The notes beneath the pieces were generated by a model, which saw only the letters and a program-made list of their open reading frames with translations, was not told where the DNA came from and did not search any database. A DNA stretch of 32,000 bases from Telmatocola sphagniphila (lineage in GTDB: Bacteria; Planctomycetota; Planctomycetia; Gemmatales; Gemmataceae): positions 2,310,001 through 2,342,000 of the forward strand of contig NZ_CP074694.1 of NCBI RefSeq assembly GCF_018398935.1, written 5' to 3'. Below, piece by piece: positions 1-10,182 of this stretch (positions are counted from its first letter, which is position 1; each line of letters opens with the position of its first letter). The translations under genes and the position numbers were made by a program.

Positions 1-143
1 CATTTTTCGGCAAATGAAGCCACCGTACCATTCAAAGTCACTATCCCGTTAGCGACTGCAACGCCTATCTGGGCGGCTTTGGCACTCGGTTCCCACTTGA
101 TCTCATCCATGACGTCTTTTTGTAATTGCGCATCCGTTTTCAT
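1..143 (-). CDS. BON domain-containing protein (OsmY-like); only the N-terminal 47 codons are present and the gene runs off the left edge
   Basis: Not in the ORF track (too short). Hand translation of the minus strand from the ATG at 143..141 gives MKTDAQLQKDVMDEIKWEPSAKAAQIGVAVANGIVTLNGTVASFAEK, a typical opening of BON/OsmY-type proteins. GAGGA lies 7 nt upstream of the ATG. Confidence 0.6.
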   Translation of the reverse strand, partial: MKTDAQLQKDVMDEIKWEPSAKAAQIGVAVANGIVTLNGTVASFAEK

Positions 144-615
144 CTGATTATCCTCGATCTGCTTAAGCCGACGATCCAACAGAGTAAATTCTGATTGGGT
201 TGACCAGCTGCTATATCAGTATCTCAACTCTAAAAAGTGAATAGGACAGATCATCCGGCAGAGTATGAGGGGAAAACTCGCAAAGTGGGGTAAGGGAAGA
301 ATGATGCGACCAATCCCAGACAGGAACAGGGCAGATCAAAAATAAGGTTTCCGATAGCTTGGAGTGATCTCTCCTGACTCGCTTTTGCTTTATCACCCGA
401 CACCGGAATCGCTTCTTGCGACCGCACATTTGAATCAGCCCCAAGTTATCAGAATGTTGCGGGTCGGTAAAAAAAGGGATTTTCTCGAGCTTTAATTTGC
501 TGCTTCGGACGCAGCCATTAAGATAGCCAGTGAGTAGCGGCCCGAAAAGCGGAACGTACCGCACTCAAGGAGAAATCATTCAACGAACGAACCCACCAAC
601 GCCGCGACATTCGGA

Positions 616-1656
616 TTAGACATCGGTATTGTTGCTCGACCGTACTCCGCTCTTCACCTCCCTACCCTTCAATAAACAACACTGTTTATATTTCTTGCCG
701 CTGCCACAGGGGCAGGGAGAATTCCGATCGTATTTCTGACGTCGAAGATTTGGCTCATTTAAAATTGAGCGAGTATCCTGATGGAACATTTCTCGAAGCA
801 TGCCGTACAATTCCGGATCTTTCTTCTGCAAGAGCTCCGGCGATTTAAAGAAATACTCGGCCAGGACCGCTAAAAATTCCTGATCGTTCGTGTAGGCGTA
901 ATCTTTGAAGTAGGCATGGTTTTTGGCGGGATGAGCAAGTTCTTTCGCCACGTATTGCACCCAATGCCGGACAGACTCCCAGGGAACTTCCGTCGGCAGG
1001 CCATGTTCGAGTTCTTCCTGTTCGATCAAATGGACGAATTCATGGATGCCGACATTGTCTGAGCCAATTGGATTATCGAAGCCGGCCAGGAGCGACGGTT
1101 TGGACAGGATCATCACTCCGCTAAGGTGTTTCAGGCCGACCATGCCGAGAATGTTCTCATCGGTATTTCCAGTCGTTTGATATTTCTCGTCGAACGATTC
1201 CGGATAGATCAGGACTTCACCCAGTCGATGATATTCCCAATCGTGGAACCCGAAAATGGGGATGATCGCACTCGCCGCCACCAGTAGCCGAACAGTGTCA
1301 TCAGCTTCGGTGCGAATACCCGTAATGCGGATTTCGTCGAGGAAAATTTTCACGAGTTGTCGGAAACGCACTTTTTCAGGGTCAGGCAGAGATTGAAAGA
1401 AGACCACGTGACCCTCTAGGATTTTTTCCCACTCTGCGGGAAATGGTCGTCCCATGATAGACAGACGGCGAAGACATCGTCGTCGAAGCAACCAGTAGCA
1501 GAGCGGGCATAGGATCAGAGTCATTAGAAAAGGTGGGAAAAACCGGCCAACCACTACGAAGAGGATTGCCATCAGCCCAACACTAACAAGGGCGCGATTC
1601 CGGTTGAGTCGGTTGGCTTCGGGGGTCACTAACATCGCTAGAATCTCCGGTGACAT
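616..1656 (-). CDS. MtfA/peptidase M90-like zinc metallopeptidase with N-terminal TM helices and a C-terminal SEC-C motif
   Basis: 346-aa ORF with ATG start. HExxH motif (HEFVHLIEQEE) in an MtfA-like context. Two hydrophobic N-terminal segments (LVSVGLMAILFVVVG, FLMTLILCPLCYWLL). C-terminal CPCGSGKKYKQCC is a SEC-C metal-binding motif. Confidence 0.75.
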   Translation of the reverse strand: MSPEILAMLVTPEANRLNRNRALVSVGLMAILFVVVGRFFPPFLMTLILCPLCYWLLRRRCLRRLSIMGRPFPAEWEKILEGHVVFFQSLPDPEKVRFRQLVKIFLDEIRITGIRTEADDTVRLLVAASAIIPIFGFHDWEYHRLGEVLIYPESFDEKYQTTGNTDENILGMVGLKHLSGVMILSKPSLLAGFDNPIGSDNVGIHEFVHLIEQEELEHGLPTEVPWESVRHWVQYVAKELAHPAKNHAYFKDYAYTNDQEFLAVLAEYFFKSPELLQKKDPELYGMLREMFHQDTRSILNEPNLRRQKYDRNSPCPCGSGKKYKQCCLLKGREVKSGVRSSNNTDV

Positions 1657-1695
1657 CGCAAAACGATTCTGAGGATTCGTCCCGCGTACGGGCCG

Positions 1696-2526
1696 CTAAT
1701 TTTTCTTGGAGGCGTGGTATTCCCGACGAATGTGTTCCAGATCCACAGAAGGCTTGGGAAATTTCAAATCCAACTCTTCCAGGTGTTCCACAACAATTCG
1801 TGCGATCGCGAGGTTTCGGAACCACTTGTGATCGGAGGGGATAATAAACCAGGGGGCGTCGTGAGTACTGCATCGAGACAGGACATTCTCGTAGGCAGCG
1901 ATATAATCGCTCCAGAATTCTCGTTCTTTGTAATCGGCCTCGCTGATTTTCCATTGCTTCGCAGGAAGGTCGAGTCGCTCTTTGAAACGACTCAGTTGTT
2001 CTTTCTTTGAGAGATGCAAGTAGAACTTGAGAATACGAGTATTCTCCTCAACAAGCCCTTTTTCAAAATCGTTGATCCGATCATATCGAAGAGACCAAAC
2101 CGCTTTCGGCACCAGATCGTGGACGCGAACGACGAGTACGTCCTCATAATGGGAACGATTGAAGATGGCCACTTTTCCCCGGGCCGGTGCATGTGGGTGA
2201 ATTCGCCATAAGAAATCGTGAGATAACTCTTGAAGAGTCGGCTGTTTGAATCCGACCACGCTACAGCCTTGAGGATTCATAGCTCCCAGGATATGGTCGA
2301 TCGTGCCATCTTTGCCTGCAGTATCCATGCCTTGAAGGCAAATGAGTAGAGAGTAGCGTCCATCGGCATAAAACAACTCCTGGAGCTTTCGAAGTTTCTT
2401 TCGATCTTCGTCGATCTCTTCGGAGGCTTGTTTGTGGTTATCGTGCTGGTCCTTGAACCCGGGATCAATCTCCTTGAGCTTGACCTTACTTCCGGGGGCG
2501 ACTTTGAACCGATTGATATATTTCAT
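1696..2526 (-). CDS. ppk2: Polyphosphate kinase 2 family protein (single-domain polyphosphate:nucleotide phosphotransferase)
   Basis: 276-aa ORF. PPK2 hallmarks are the P-loop-like GMDTAGKDGT, FNRSHYEDVLVVRVH, and LSKKEQ...RF..R (lid). Its size and N-terminus resemble one-domain class III-type PPK2s. A GAGG-containing purine tract lies upstream of the ATG at 2526. Confidence 0.9.
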   Translation of the reverse strand: MKYINRFKVAPGSKVKLKEIDPGFKDQHDNHKQASEEIDEDRKKLRKLQELFYADGRYSLLICLQGMDTAGKDGTIDHILGAMNPQGCSVVGFKQPTLQELSHDFLWRIHPHAPARGKVAIFNRSHYEDVLVVRVHDLVPKAVWSLRYDRINDFEKGLVEENTRILKFYLHLSKKEQLSRFKERLDLPAKQWKISEADYKEREFWSDYIAAYENVLSRCSTHDAPWFIIPSDHKWFRNLAIARIVVEHLEELDLKFPKPSVDLEHIRREYHASKKN

Positions 2527-2650
2527 CGCTATCTTCCTCTCTGAATGCTACGCGACCGAGGTCGGGATATGCTTACTCATCTTTATCACTTTCAAAGCAC
2601 CGATTACTATCAGTCAAGATACCATGACATAAGCGAATATCTCTGACATT

Positions 2651-2705
2651 TGCACTCCGGGTAACAAGGGCCGTCGGGGTAGTTCCCCCCGAGTCCGGAG
2701 AGTGT
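2651..2705. other. GC-rich nested stem-loop in the gap between the small membrane protein gene and ppk2
   Basis: Outer stem CTCCGG (2655-2660) pairs with CCGGAG (2695-2700), extendable with a 2-nt bulge. Inner stem TCGGGG (2674-2679) pairs with CCCCGA (2687-2692). No U-tract follows on either strand. Confidence 0.3.
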
Positions 2706-2847
2706 CCACTACCTCCACAGCAAGAAGTACGGCCTCGAGAATCTTGCGAGGAATCGTCGACCAGAACGAGCGTCGTTCCCGCCGAAAAAGGAAAGAACGT
2801 CGATGAAATCATGCAGAATCCGGGAGCAGAAGCTTCTCAGGGCTTTA

Positions 2848-3099
2848 CTATTCGCCGCCAATCTTTCCCGTCGCCTGCCGATCTCGCACTAAACGAATGT
2901 AGAGTATCAGAAGAGCCAACGGCCCCAGCAGAAGACCTGCAATACCCCAAAGGGCCTGGCGGAGTTGGCTGAAGCCCAATTCCATGGCCCACTTGGCAGA
3001 AATAATTCCGCAGGTCAAGGCATGAAGACTGTAGGAATAGTGTTCGATTTCCATGACGTACTGTCTTCTCGATTCGAGAAGTGAACTCCGCGACTTCAT
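2848..3099 (-). CDS. Small hypothetical membrane protein, translationally coupled to fba
   Basis: 83-aa ORF. Its ATG overlaps the fba stop as ATGA (3096-3099). It has a C-terminal hydrophobic helix (WGIAGLLLGPLALLILYI). No family recognised. Confidence 0.5.
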   Translation of the reverse strand: MKSRSSLLESRRQYVMEIEHYSYSLHALTCGIISAKWAMELGFSQLRQALWGIAGLLLGPLALLILYIRLVRDRQATGKIGGE

Positions 3100-4130
3100 G
3101 AGTTAAGGGAGGGCGTTTCCAAGAGAGCCGTATATTCACCGCGCCGCGCCGCCCGATTGCAGGTGGCTCTATGATACAGCGCTTTCTGAGCCTCCGAGAC
3201 GTTCTCGGAGGTTCCATGCCAAATTTCCAGGGCCGGTTGCTGGATCGCGCGGGCAAAGGAAAAGGTTAACACCCAGGGCAATCGAGATTGGAATTTCAAA
3301 TTCAGGGCATTCAAACGAGCTGAGGCCAATTCAGCAGATTGACCCCCGGACAAAAAAGCAATTCCCGGAACCGCGGCGGGCACAGTCCGCAGGAGGCAGC
3401 GGAGAGTAGCATTTGCCACTTCTTCCACAGTTACTTGTTTATAGGAAGACGTTCCCGGAAGTATCATATTCGGTTTCAGGAGGATTCCCTCCAGCATCAC
3501 CCGTTGACCGTAAAGAGCTTCGAAAATCATTCGCAAGACTTTCTCCGACAATTCCCCACACCGCTCCAGAGTATGTTCGCCCTCCATTAGAACCTCCGGT
3601 TCGACGATGGGGACGAGTCCAATTTCCTGACACAAAGCCGCATATCGCGCCAATGCCTGTGCATTGGCCTCGATGCAACCCCTGCTGGGAATCCGTTCGC
3701 CGATTGCAATTACCGCGCGCCATTTTGCAAATCGAGCGCCCATCTCGAAATACTCCGCAAGGCGTCCGCGCAAGCCGTCCAAGCCTTCGGTTATTTTCTC
3801 TTCCGGATGCCCTGCTAAATCCTTGACGCCGGTATCGACTTTGATACCAGTGAGGATTTTCGCATTGCTAAGAACCTTTAAGAAAGGAGTGCCATCTTTC
3901 TGCTTTTGCCGAATTGTCTCATCGTAGAGAATAACTCCGCTGATGCTCTCATTGAGACCGGGTGTTGTGATAATCAACTCCCTATAGGCGCGGCGGGCCT
4001 CCTCCGTTTGCGCAATACCGATTTTGGCAAATCGTTTATTGCAAGTTTCCGTACTTTCATCCATCGCCAGCAGGCCTTTATGGTCGGCTAGTAATTCTTG
4101 AGTAGTCTCTCGGAGGAGTTGCGTGTTCAT
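3096..4130 (-). CDS. fba: Fructose-bisphosphate aldolase, class I (eukaryote-type 'Glycolytic' family)
   Basis: LLAMDES near the N-terminus, the Schiff-base lysine context EGILLKPNM, and FLSGGQS ... FSFARA. The ORF-track start at 4157 is a GTG without an SD. I prefer the ATG at 4130 (MNTQLL...), but either start is possible. Confidence 0.9.
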   Translation of the reverse strand: MNTQLLRETTQELLADHKGLLAMDESTETCNKRFAKIGIAQTEEARRAYRELIITTPGLNESISGVILYDETIRQKQKDGTPFLKVLSNAKILTGIKVDTGVKDLAGHPEEKITEGLDGLRGRLAEYFEMGARFAKWRAVIAIGERIPSRGCIEANAQALARYAALCQEIGLVPIVEPEVLMEGEHTLERCGELSEKVLRMIFEALYGQRVMLEGILLKPNMILPGTSSYKQVTVEEVANATLRCLLRTVPAAVPGIAFLSGGQSAELASARLNALNLKFQSRLPWVLTFSFARAIQQPALEIWHGTSENVSEAQKALYHRATCNRAARRGEYTALLETPSLNS

Positions 4131-4356
4131 AAATTTCGATTCTTCTTTGGGGATCACAATTCGAATGTGGATTCACTTCTTGTACGCGCTGCTAAGTCCT
4201 CGAGGATGAGCTAGCTAAGCACGCATATCATCAGGAGTGCAATCCGCGTTATAACTCGATTATTTCGATGGATGCACTCCCGGCGAGGAGGTAGCTCGCG
4301 AACGAGCGCTTGCTCATAAGAAGCCGATCGTTCTCGATGATTCTGTTTCTCAGCAT

Positions 4357-6831
4357 TCATCGTGTAACCGTTTTTTTCGAGGAATTCGCGGGAGCTCGAG
4401 GGTCTAAGTTGTGGGTTTTCTGATCCATCCATTTCCAATTGCGGATTTCCGGCATGTCTTCGCCCCGTTCGTCGATAAAGCTCTTGTGTTCCACGAGCTT
4501 GTCTCCAACCATCTGTTTCAAATAGGCCGCCCGATCTTTCAACTGAGGCAATCGGTCGATCACGTCCTGAACCAGATGAAAGCGATCCAAGTCGTTTTGA
4601 ACTCGCATATCGAAGGCAGTCGTTATTGTGCCCTCCTCCTTGTATCCGCGCACGTGAAGATTTTGATTGGTACGTCGATAGGTTAGACGATGAACTAAGC
4701 TTGGGTAACCGTGAAATCCAAAGATGATGTGTTTATCTTGGGTGAAGAGTGAATCGTAATCCGTTTCACTCAGTCCGTGCGGATGTTCGCTCGCGGATTG
4801 CAGCTTCATGAGATCAACGACATTGATAACGCGTATCTTCAGATCGGGGAGATAGTAACGCAGAATCGAAACCGCCGCGAGAATCTCCAGCGTCGGAGTG
4901 TCTCCACAGCAAGCCATCACGACATCCGGTTCGGCCCCCTCGTCGTTACTAGCCCATTTCCAGATGCCGATGCCTTCGGTGCAGTGCACGACCGCAGCAT
5001 CCATTGTCAGCCATTGCGGCAGGGCGTGTTTGCCGGCCACCACGACATTCACATAGTTGCGGCTGCGTAGACAATGGTCGAAAACCGACAAAAGACAGTT
5101 CGCATCGGGGGGTAGATAGACCCGGACGATTTCGGCTTTTTTGTTGATGACGTGGTCGAGAAAACCGGGATCCTGATGAGTGAAACCATTGTGATCTTGC
5201 TGCCAAACGTGCGAAGCGAGCAGATAATTCAGCGAGGAGATCTTTCGGCGCCAGGGCAATTCCAGCGTGACTTTCAGCCACTTGGCGTGCTGGCTAAACA
5301 TGGAATCTACGATACGTATGAAGGCCTCGTAGCTATTGAAGAGGCCGTGACGACCGGTTAAGAGATAGCCTTCCAACCAGCCTTCGCACTGGTGTTCGCT
5401 GAGCATTGAGTCTAGCACTTGGCCTTGAGGAGCCAAGAATTCATCGTTCTGAATTTCGCGTGCGTCCCACTGTCTGTCCGTGACTTCAAAAACTGCGCCG
5501 AGAAGATTCGAGAGCGTCTCGTCCGGGCCGAAAATGCGAAAATTCCGTTGCTGTTGATTTTGCTTGGCAACATCCCTGAGGAACTTTCCTAACACGAGAG
5601 TATCCTGGCCACTGACCGCACCCGGTAAGGGAACATCAACGGCGTGCTGATGAAAATCGGGCATCCGAAGATCTTCGAGGAGAATTCCCCCGTTGGCGTG
5701 AGGATTCATCCCCATCCGGCGGTTTCCCTTCGGAGCAAGCTCCGCCAACTCCGGTTTCAGTCGACCACTTTCGTCGAATAACTCCTCGGCCTTGTAGCTT
5801 TTCATCCAACTTTCCAGCAATTTGACATGCTCAGGATGAGCGGGATCCACCAACAGTGGCACTTGGTGGGCGCGGAAAGTGCCTTCGATCTGCAGGCCAT
5901 CCACGACTTTGGGTCCCGTCCAGCCTTTGGGGGATCGCAAGACAATCATGGGCCAACGTGGCCGGACGCACGGGGAATCTGGAGAGAGACTGCCCTTTTT
6001 ATCTTCCTTCTTGTGACGTGCTTCTTGTTGGATTTTTTGGATCTTTTCCACTACCGTATCGAGTGTTTCGGCCAGCGCCTGATGCATCAACGCGGGATCA
6101 TCGCCTTCTACGAAGTAGGGACTCCAGCCGTTTCCGCGAAGAAATTGTTCCAGTTCTTCGTGCTCGATCCGAGAAAGCACGGTCGGGTTACTGATCTTAT
6201 AGCCGTTAAGGTGCAAGATCGGCAGCACCGCGCCGTCGGTAATAGCATTGAGAAACTTGTTCGATTGCCAGGAGGTCGCCAAGGGACCCGTTTCCGCTTC
6301 GCCATCCCCGACCACGCAGGCAACGATCAGATCGGGATTGTCGAAAGCTGCCCCGAACGCATGGCTGAGAGAGTATCCCAATTCGCCGCCTTCGTGAATC
6401 GAACCCGGGGTCGTCGGCGCGACGTGACTGGAAATCCCGCCGGGAAAGGAAAACTGCTTGAACAGCTTTTTCAATCCGGCTTCATCCTGGGTCACATTCG
6501 GATAAACTTCGCTCCACGTTCCTTCGAGGTAAACATTCCCCACGATTGCCGGGCCGCCATGTCCTGGCCCGGCGATATAGAACATGTTCAGGTCGTACTT
6601 CTTGATGACTCGATTCAAATGCACGTAAATGAAATTTTGGCCCGGCGTGGTTCCCCAGTGACCGACGACCAACGGCTTTACATGCGAAAGTTGGAGCGGT
6701 TCTTTCAGAAGCGGATTGTCGTAGAGATAAATCTGCCCCACCGACAAATAATTCGCGGCCCGCCAGTAGGCATCGATTTTTCGCAACTGTTCCTGATCCA
6801 AGGATGCGATTTTGCCTTCACGTTTCGACAT
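4357..6831 (-). CDS. xfp: Phosphoketolase (xylulose-5-phosphate/fructose-6-phosphate phosphoketolase)
   Basis: [40 protein letters not shown] and the overall ~820-aa length are typical of XFP. The ORF-track start at 6885 is a GTG overlapping the atpG stop. The ATG at 6831 has AAGGAG 7 nt upstream and is preferred. Confidence 0.92.
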   Translation of the reverse strand: MSKREGKIASLDQEQLRKIDAYWRAANYLSVGQIYLYDNPLLKEPLQLSHVKPLVVGHWGTTPGQNFIYVHLNRVIKKYDLNMFYIAGPGHGGPAIVGNVYLEGTWSEVYPNVTQDEAGLKKLFKQFSFPGGISSHVAPTTPGSIHEGGELGYSLSHAFGAAFDNPDLIVACVVGDGEAETGPLATSWQSNKFLNAITDGAVLPILHLNGYKISNPTVLSRIEHEELEQFLRGNGWSPYFVEGDDPALMHQALAETLDTVVEKIQKIQQEARHKKEDKKGSLSPDSPCVRPRWPMIVLRSPKGWTGPKVVDGLQIEGTFRAHQVPLLVDPAHPEHVKLLESWMKSYKAEELFDESGRLKPELAELAPKGNRRMGMNPHANGGILLEDLRMPDFHQHAVDVPLPGAVSGQDTLVLGKFLRDVAKQNQQQRNFRIFGPDETLSNLLGAVFEVTDRQWDAREIQNDEFLAPQGQVLDSMLSEHQCEGWLEGYLLTGRHGLFNSYEAFIRIVDSMFSQHAKWLKVTLELPWRRKISSLNYLLASHVWQQDHNGFTHQDPGFLDHVINKKAEIVRVYLPPDANCLLSVFDHCLRSRNYVNVVVAGKHALPQWLTMDAAVVHCTEGIGIWKWASNDEGAEPDVVMACCGDTPTLEILAAVSILRYYLPDLKIRVINVVDLMKLQSASEHPHGLSETDYDSLFTQDKHIIFGFHGYPSLVHRLTYRRTNQNLHVRGYKEEGTITTAFDMRVQNDLDRFHLVQDVIDRLPQLKDRAAYLKQMVGDKLVEHKSFIDERGEDMPEIRNWKWMDQKTHNLDPRAPANSSKKTVTR

Positions 6832-6881
6832 CGTCAACTCCTTCGAATAGTCCGGTATTTTTTCGCAGTCCGGTTTGCCGC

Positions 6882-7784
6882 TCACGAATTCTCGGGTAAG
6901 CGCGCTTTTGCTTTGGACAACGATTCGTAACCCGCGAGTACATCGAATAATTCCTCATCGATAGTTGCTTGGCGTTGGCGACGGAAAGTCTGGTTGAGGA
7001 CCTCCAGAATTTCGTCGATATTTCTTTCCGCACGTTGCATGGCGGCCAATCGACTCGCATTTTCACTCGCGAGGGATTCGGCCGCGGCCTTGAAGAGGGA
7101 AACGAAAAAATATTCCCGGAGGAGCACCCGCAACATCGCCTCAGGGTTGCCGATGATCTCCGGCAGGTTTCCGCTCGGCCAAGGAAGGTGAACCAACCGG
7201 AGCCGCCACTTCTCATCCAATGGCAGCAGGCGTTGGCTCACCGGTTCATAAGAAGCTCCCGCCTGGGGATGATTGTGAAAAAGGTAAAATTCACCGATCT
7301 CCCCTTTCTCATAGTGCGCTTCACATTCGACGAGAATCTGCCCGACGAGTGGCGTGATGGCAGTTACTGAGGACGGAACCCCGAAAACTCCCACGGAGGA
7401 GAAACCGACGTCAGCCAGCCGGGATTGAATGCGTTCGCCGACGGCCCAAATATGCTTTTCTCCCGGAAGCGTATTCAGAGCTTGAACGACAAAATCGGCC
7501 AGCCGGTCGTTGAATTGTCCTACCAGTCCTTGATCTGAACCGAAGACTACGGCGTTCACCGCTTTCGCCCGGGACACGATCGCGTTTCTGCCGAAATTCC
7601 CCGGCATTCGTAAGCAGACGGCTAAACCAAGTTCAACCGTTCGGTAGTAGTCGGTCAGAGCAAGTACCGATTTCTCGTACTGTGTAATGCTCGATGCCGC
7701 CAGGGCCTTCATGGAGCGAACTACTGCTTCCAGATCGTTCGCTCCGCTGATTTTGCGTCGCAAGCTCACCAAGGTATCGCTCAT
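6882..7784 (-). CDS. atpG: N-type (alternative F-type) ATPase, F1 gamma subunit
   Basis: 300-aa ORF with the gamma C-terminal signature [18 protein letters not shown]...[17 protein letters not shown] overlap with the atpA stop (7781-7784). It is the last gene of the atpDCQRBEFAG array. Confidence 0.9.
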   Translation of the reverse strand: MSDTLVSLRRKISGANDLEAVVRSMKALAASSITQYEKSVLALTDYYRTVELGLAVCLRMPGNFGRNAIVSRAKAVNAVVFGSDQGLVGQFNDRLADFVVQALNTLPGEKHIWAVGERIQSRLADVGFSSVGVFGVPSSVTAITPLVGQILVECEAHYEKGEIGEFYLFHNHPQAGASYEPVSQRLLPLDEKWRLRLVHLPWPSGNLPEIIGNPEAMLRVLLREYFFVSLFKAAAESLASENASRLAAMQRAERNIDEILEVLNQTFRRQRQATIDEELFDVLAGYESLSKAKARLPENS

Positions 7785-9340
7785 GGATGGCTTTTGAGTT
7801 CGGGATGAGTTTTAGGGAGCAAGGTCTCGAGCGCTTCCGTCGCCAAACGCAGAATCAGTTTGTGATCATCGTCGTTCAACTTGTCGTTCGAAGTGAATCG
7901 CTTCTTGAGATCCGGCGCCAGGTCGGCTGCGACCTTTTTCAACGCGTGCTCGGCTTCCGGAATCGAGCCGAGCGGCAGACGGTCGAGCAGACCGCCGGTC
8001 AATGCGACCAGGAGGACAATTTGCTCGGGAACGGAGGCCGGCTCGAACTCCGGCTGTTGGAGGAGAGCGCGGATCCGTTGGCCGTGGTCGATGATTTTGC
8101 GGGTGCGTTCATCGAGCCGGGTGCCGAATTTCGCAAACGATTCCAGTTCCGAGAATTGAGCGTAGGCGAGTTTCAAATCTCCTGCGACGGCCCGGTAAGA
8201 AGCGCGCTGGGCCACACCGCCGACACGCGAAACCGATTTGCCAACATCCACCGCGGGCAGAATGCCCAGTTCAAACAACCTCGGCGAAAGATAAATCTGG
8301 CCGTCGGTGATGGAAATCAGATTCGTTGGAATGTAGGCGGAAATATCCTGCGCCTCGGTCTCGATGATCGGCAGCGCGGTCAGGGAGCCCCCGTGAAGTT
8401 CTTCGGTGAGATGAGTGGCGCGCTCCAGGAGTCGGGAGTGGATGTAAAAAATATCGCCGGGGAATGCTTCGCGGCCCGGAGGTCGACGGAGCAGCAGGGA
8501 AAGCTCGCGGTAAGCCCGGGCGTGATGAGTCAAATCGTCGAACACGATGAGTACGTCTCGACCCGCTTCCATGAAGTACTCCGCGATGCTGGTGGCGGCA
8601 TAGGGAGCGATGTAGGCCAGTCCCGGCGGATCATTACCCTCCGCCACAACCACTACCGTGTACTCCAGCGCGCCTTTTTGACGCAAATTGGCGACGACTT
8701 TGGCGACTGCGGAGGCTCGTTGACCGATAGCGCAATACACGCAAAGGACGTTCTGATCACGCTGGTTCAAGATGGTATCGATGGCGATGGCCGACTTACC
8801 GGTTTGCCGATCGCCCAGAATCAATTCGCGCTGGCCTCGACCAATCGGAATCAAGGCATCGATTACGATCAGGCCGGACTGTAAAGGCACGCTCACCGGA
8901 GCCCGGTCCAGGATCGGTCTGGCCGGACGTTCAATGGGCAGATGCTGTTTAGAGTCAATAACTCCTTTTTCATCCAGAGGCTGGCCCAGCGGATCGATGA
9001 CTCGTCCGAGCAATTCCTCGCCTACGGGTACGTCCATCACTCGGCCGGTGCGTTCCACCTCATCTCCGGCTTGTAATAGTGAGCAATCCCCGAGCAAAAC
9101 AACACCGATTTCGTCCGCATCGACATTGAATGCGATACCATAGAGATCGCCGGGAAACTTCACGAGTTCTTCGAAGCCCACGTTCGGCAGACCCGAAACC
9201 TGAGCGATGCCGATGGAGACGCTCGCGATCGTACCGACTTCGCGCGGCCTCAACTGCGGCGTGAAAGCCTGAAGCGTCCGGCCGATCCCCTCGTACGCCT
9301 GGTTGAAAATCGCGTGCAGAGTATCGAGTGGGTTATTCAA
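7781..9340 (-). CDS. atpA: N-type ATPase, F1 alpha subunit
   Basis: 519 aa. Walker A GDRQTGKS, and the alpha signature [19 protein letters not shown]. The TTG start overlaps the atpF stop (TTGA at 9337-9340). Confidence 0.95.
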   Translation of the reverse strand: MNNPLDTLHAIFNQAYEGIGRTLQAFTPQLRPREVGTIASVSIGIAQVSGLPNVGFEELVKFPGDLYGIAFNVDADEIGVVLLGDCSLLQAGDEVERTGRVMDVPVGEELLGRVIDPLGQPLDEKGVIDSKQHLPIERPARPILDRAPVSVPLQSGLIVIDALIPIGRGQRELILGDRQTGKSAIAIDTILNQRDQNVLCVYCAIGQRASAVAKVVANLRQKGALEYTVVVVAEGNDPPGLAYIAPYAATSIAEYFMEAGRDVLIVFDDLTHHARAYRELSLLLRRPPGREAFPGDIFYIHSRLLERATHLTEELHGGSLTALPIIETEAQDISAYIPTNLISITDGQIYLSPRLFELGILPAVDVGKSVSRVGGVAQRASYRAVAGDLKLAYAQFSELESFAKFGTRLDERTRKIIDHGQRIRALLQQPEFEPASVPEQIVLLVALTGGLLDRLPLGSIPEAEHALKKVAADLAPDLKKRFTSNDKLNDDDHKLILRLATEALETLLPKTHPELKSHP

Positions 9341-10179
9341 GAGGACGCCTTCAGGGCCGCTGGCGCCGTTAAATTCCCGAGTTTGGATCCGGGCGGAACG
9401 CGGGAGGGTCGCTCGGACTTGGAATCCCCCGGAAGAAGTTCGCCGGCGCTCTTTTCTAGGGCCGCAAGATAGTCCGCGATGCTCCAGGCCACTTTCTGAC
9501 CTTTGGTGGAAAGCTCGATGCCGCTGACAATGTCCGGCTTGGTATCGAATTGGATTTTCACATCGGTAGAAAATGTTTCATTAATCGCCCTCTGGATGTC
9601 AGCTCGTTGGGCCGGGGGGAGTTCGAACGCACTCCTTACGCGGACCGAGTCGGACGAAGCCTTGAGGTCGGCGGCAAATTGCTCCCGGGTCGGCCCCGAG
9701 ATAGCCCGCAGCCTGCTGACGAACACGGCAGTGATCCGCGCTTCGAGGTCCTCGGCGGAGAGATCCGCCAGGGTCTTTCGTGCAATCGCGAAGACTTGCT
9801 TCTGGGTCCACTGGGTAATTTCTCGGTTCAAATGACGCTGCTCGCTCTGCAGGGCTTCCTGGCGTTTGGCCCGCCATTCGTCGGCCTCCGTTCGCGCTTT
9901 CTCCAGTAATCGCGTTCGTTCGGCTTTGACTTCGTCGGTGCTTTTTTGCCACATCCCCGCCCGCTCCTGGTCGAAAGCTTCGTTCTTGTGCTGGAATTCG
10001 TCGTGCTCCTTCTGCGATTCCGCTTTTTTTGCCGCGGCCTGCGCGAGTTGGTTAGAAATCCCTTTCTCCCGTTCATCGATCGCGTGAAGAATCGGCTTGT
10101 ACAGGAACCGCTCCATCAGCCCGACCAGGATGAGGAAGTTGATCACTTGGGCAACCACCGTGAACCAATCGATCGGCAT
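9337..10179 (-). CDS. atpF: N-type ATPase, Fo b subunit with a delta/OSCP-like C-terminal domain
   Basis: 280 aa. It has an N-terminal TM helix ([16 protein letters not shown]) and a long charged coiled-coil. Residues ~178-244 ([66 protein letters not shown]) match the pattern of the delta-subunit C-terminal domain. GGGAGGG lies upstream of the ATG. Confidence 0.85.
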   Translation of the reverse strand: MPIDWFTVVAQVINFLILVGLMERFLYKPILHAIDEREKGISNQLAQAAAKKAESQKEHDEFQHKNEAFDQERAGMWQKSTDEVKAERTRLLEKARTEADEWRAKRQEALQSEQRHLNREITQWTQKQVFAIARKTLADLSAEDLEARITAVFVSRLRAISGPTREQFAADLKASSDSVRVRSAFELPPAQRADIQRAINETFSTDVKIQFDTKPDIVSGIELSTKGQKVAWSIADYLAALEKSAGELLPGDSKSERPSRVPPGSKLGNLTAPAALKASS

Positions 10180-10182
10180 GGT

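Noticed and set aside
211-564. 117-aa minus-strand ORF in the gap between the MtfA-like and BON genes
   Set aside because: It has a GTG start without an SD. The composition is highly basic and Cys-rich, unlike neighbouring proteins, and it has no motif. I treat the region as non-coding (BON promoter region), though a small gene cannot be excluded.
2573-2812. 79-aa minus-strand ORF between the small membrane protein gene and ppk2
   Set aside because: It has no SD. The Gly/Ser/Pro/Thr-rich translation coincides with a GC-rich nested palindrome (2655-2700), suggesting the open frame is a by-product of RNA or DNA structure.
2837-3256. 139-aa minus-strand ORF overlapping the fba 3' end and the small membrane protein gene
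   Set aside because: It is out of frame with two better-supported genes and its sequence is Arg/Pro-rich and low-complexity.
6832-6885. 18-codon GTG-initiated N-terminal extension of xfp given in the ORF track
   Set aside because: The start at 6885 is a GTG overlapping the atpG stop with no SD. The ATG at 6831 has AAGGAG 7 nt upstream, and the protein from that Met aligns with the phosphoketolase N-terminus.
5827-6930. 367-aa + strand ORF antisense to xfp. The 365-aa + strand ORF at 7787-8884, antisense to atpA, is the same kind of case.
   Set aside because: These are shadow ORFs opposite genes with unambiguous homology. Their translations are Arg/Gly/Pro-rich and low-complexity with no recognisable motifs. 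Long antisense frames are expected at this GC content.
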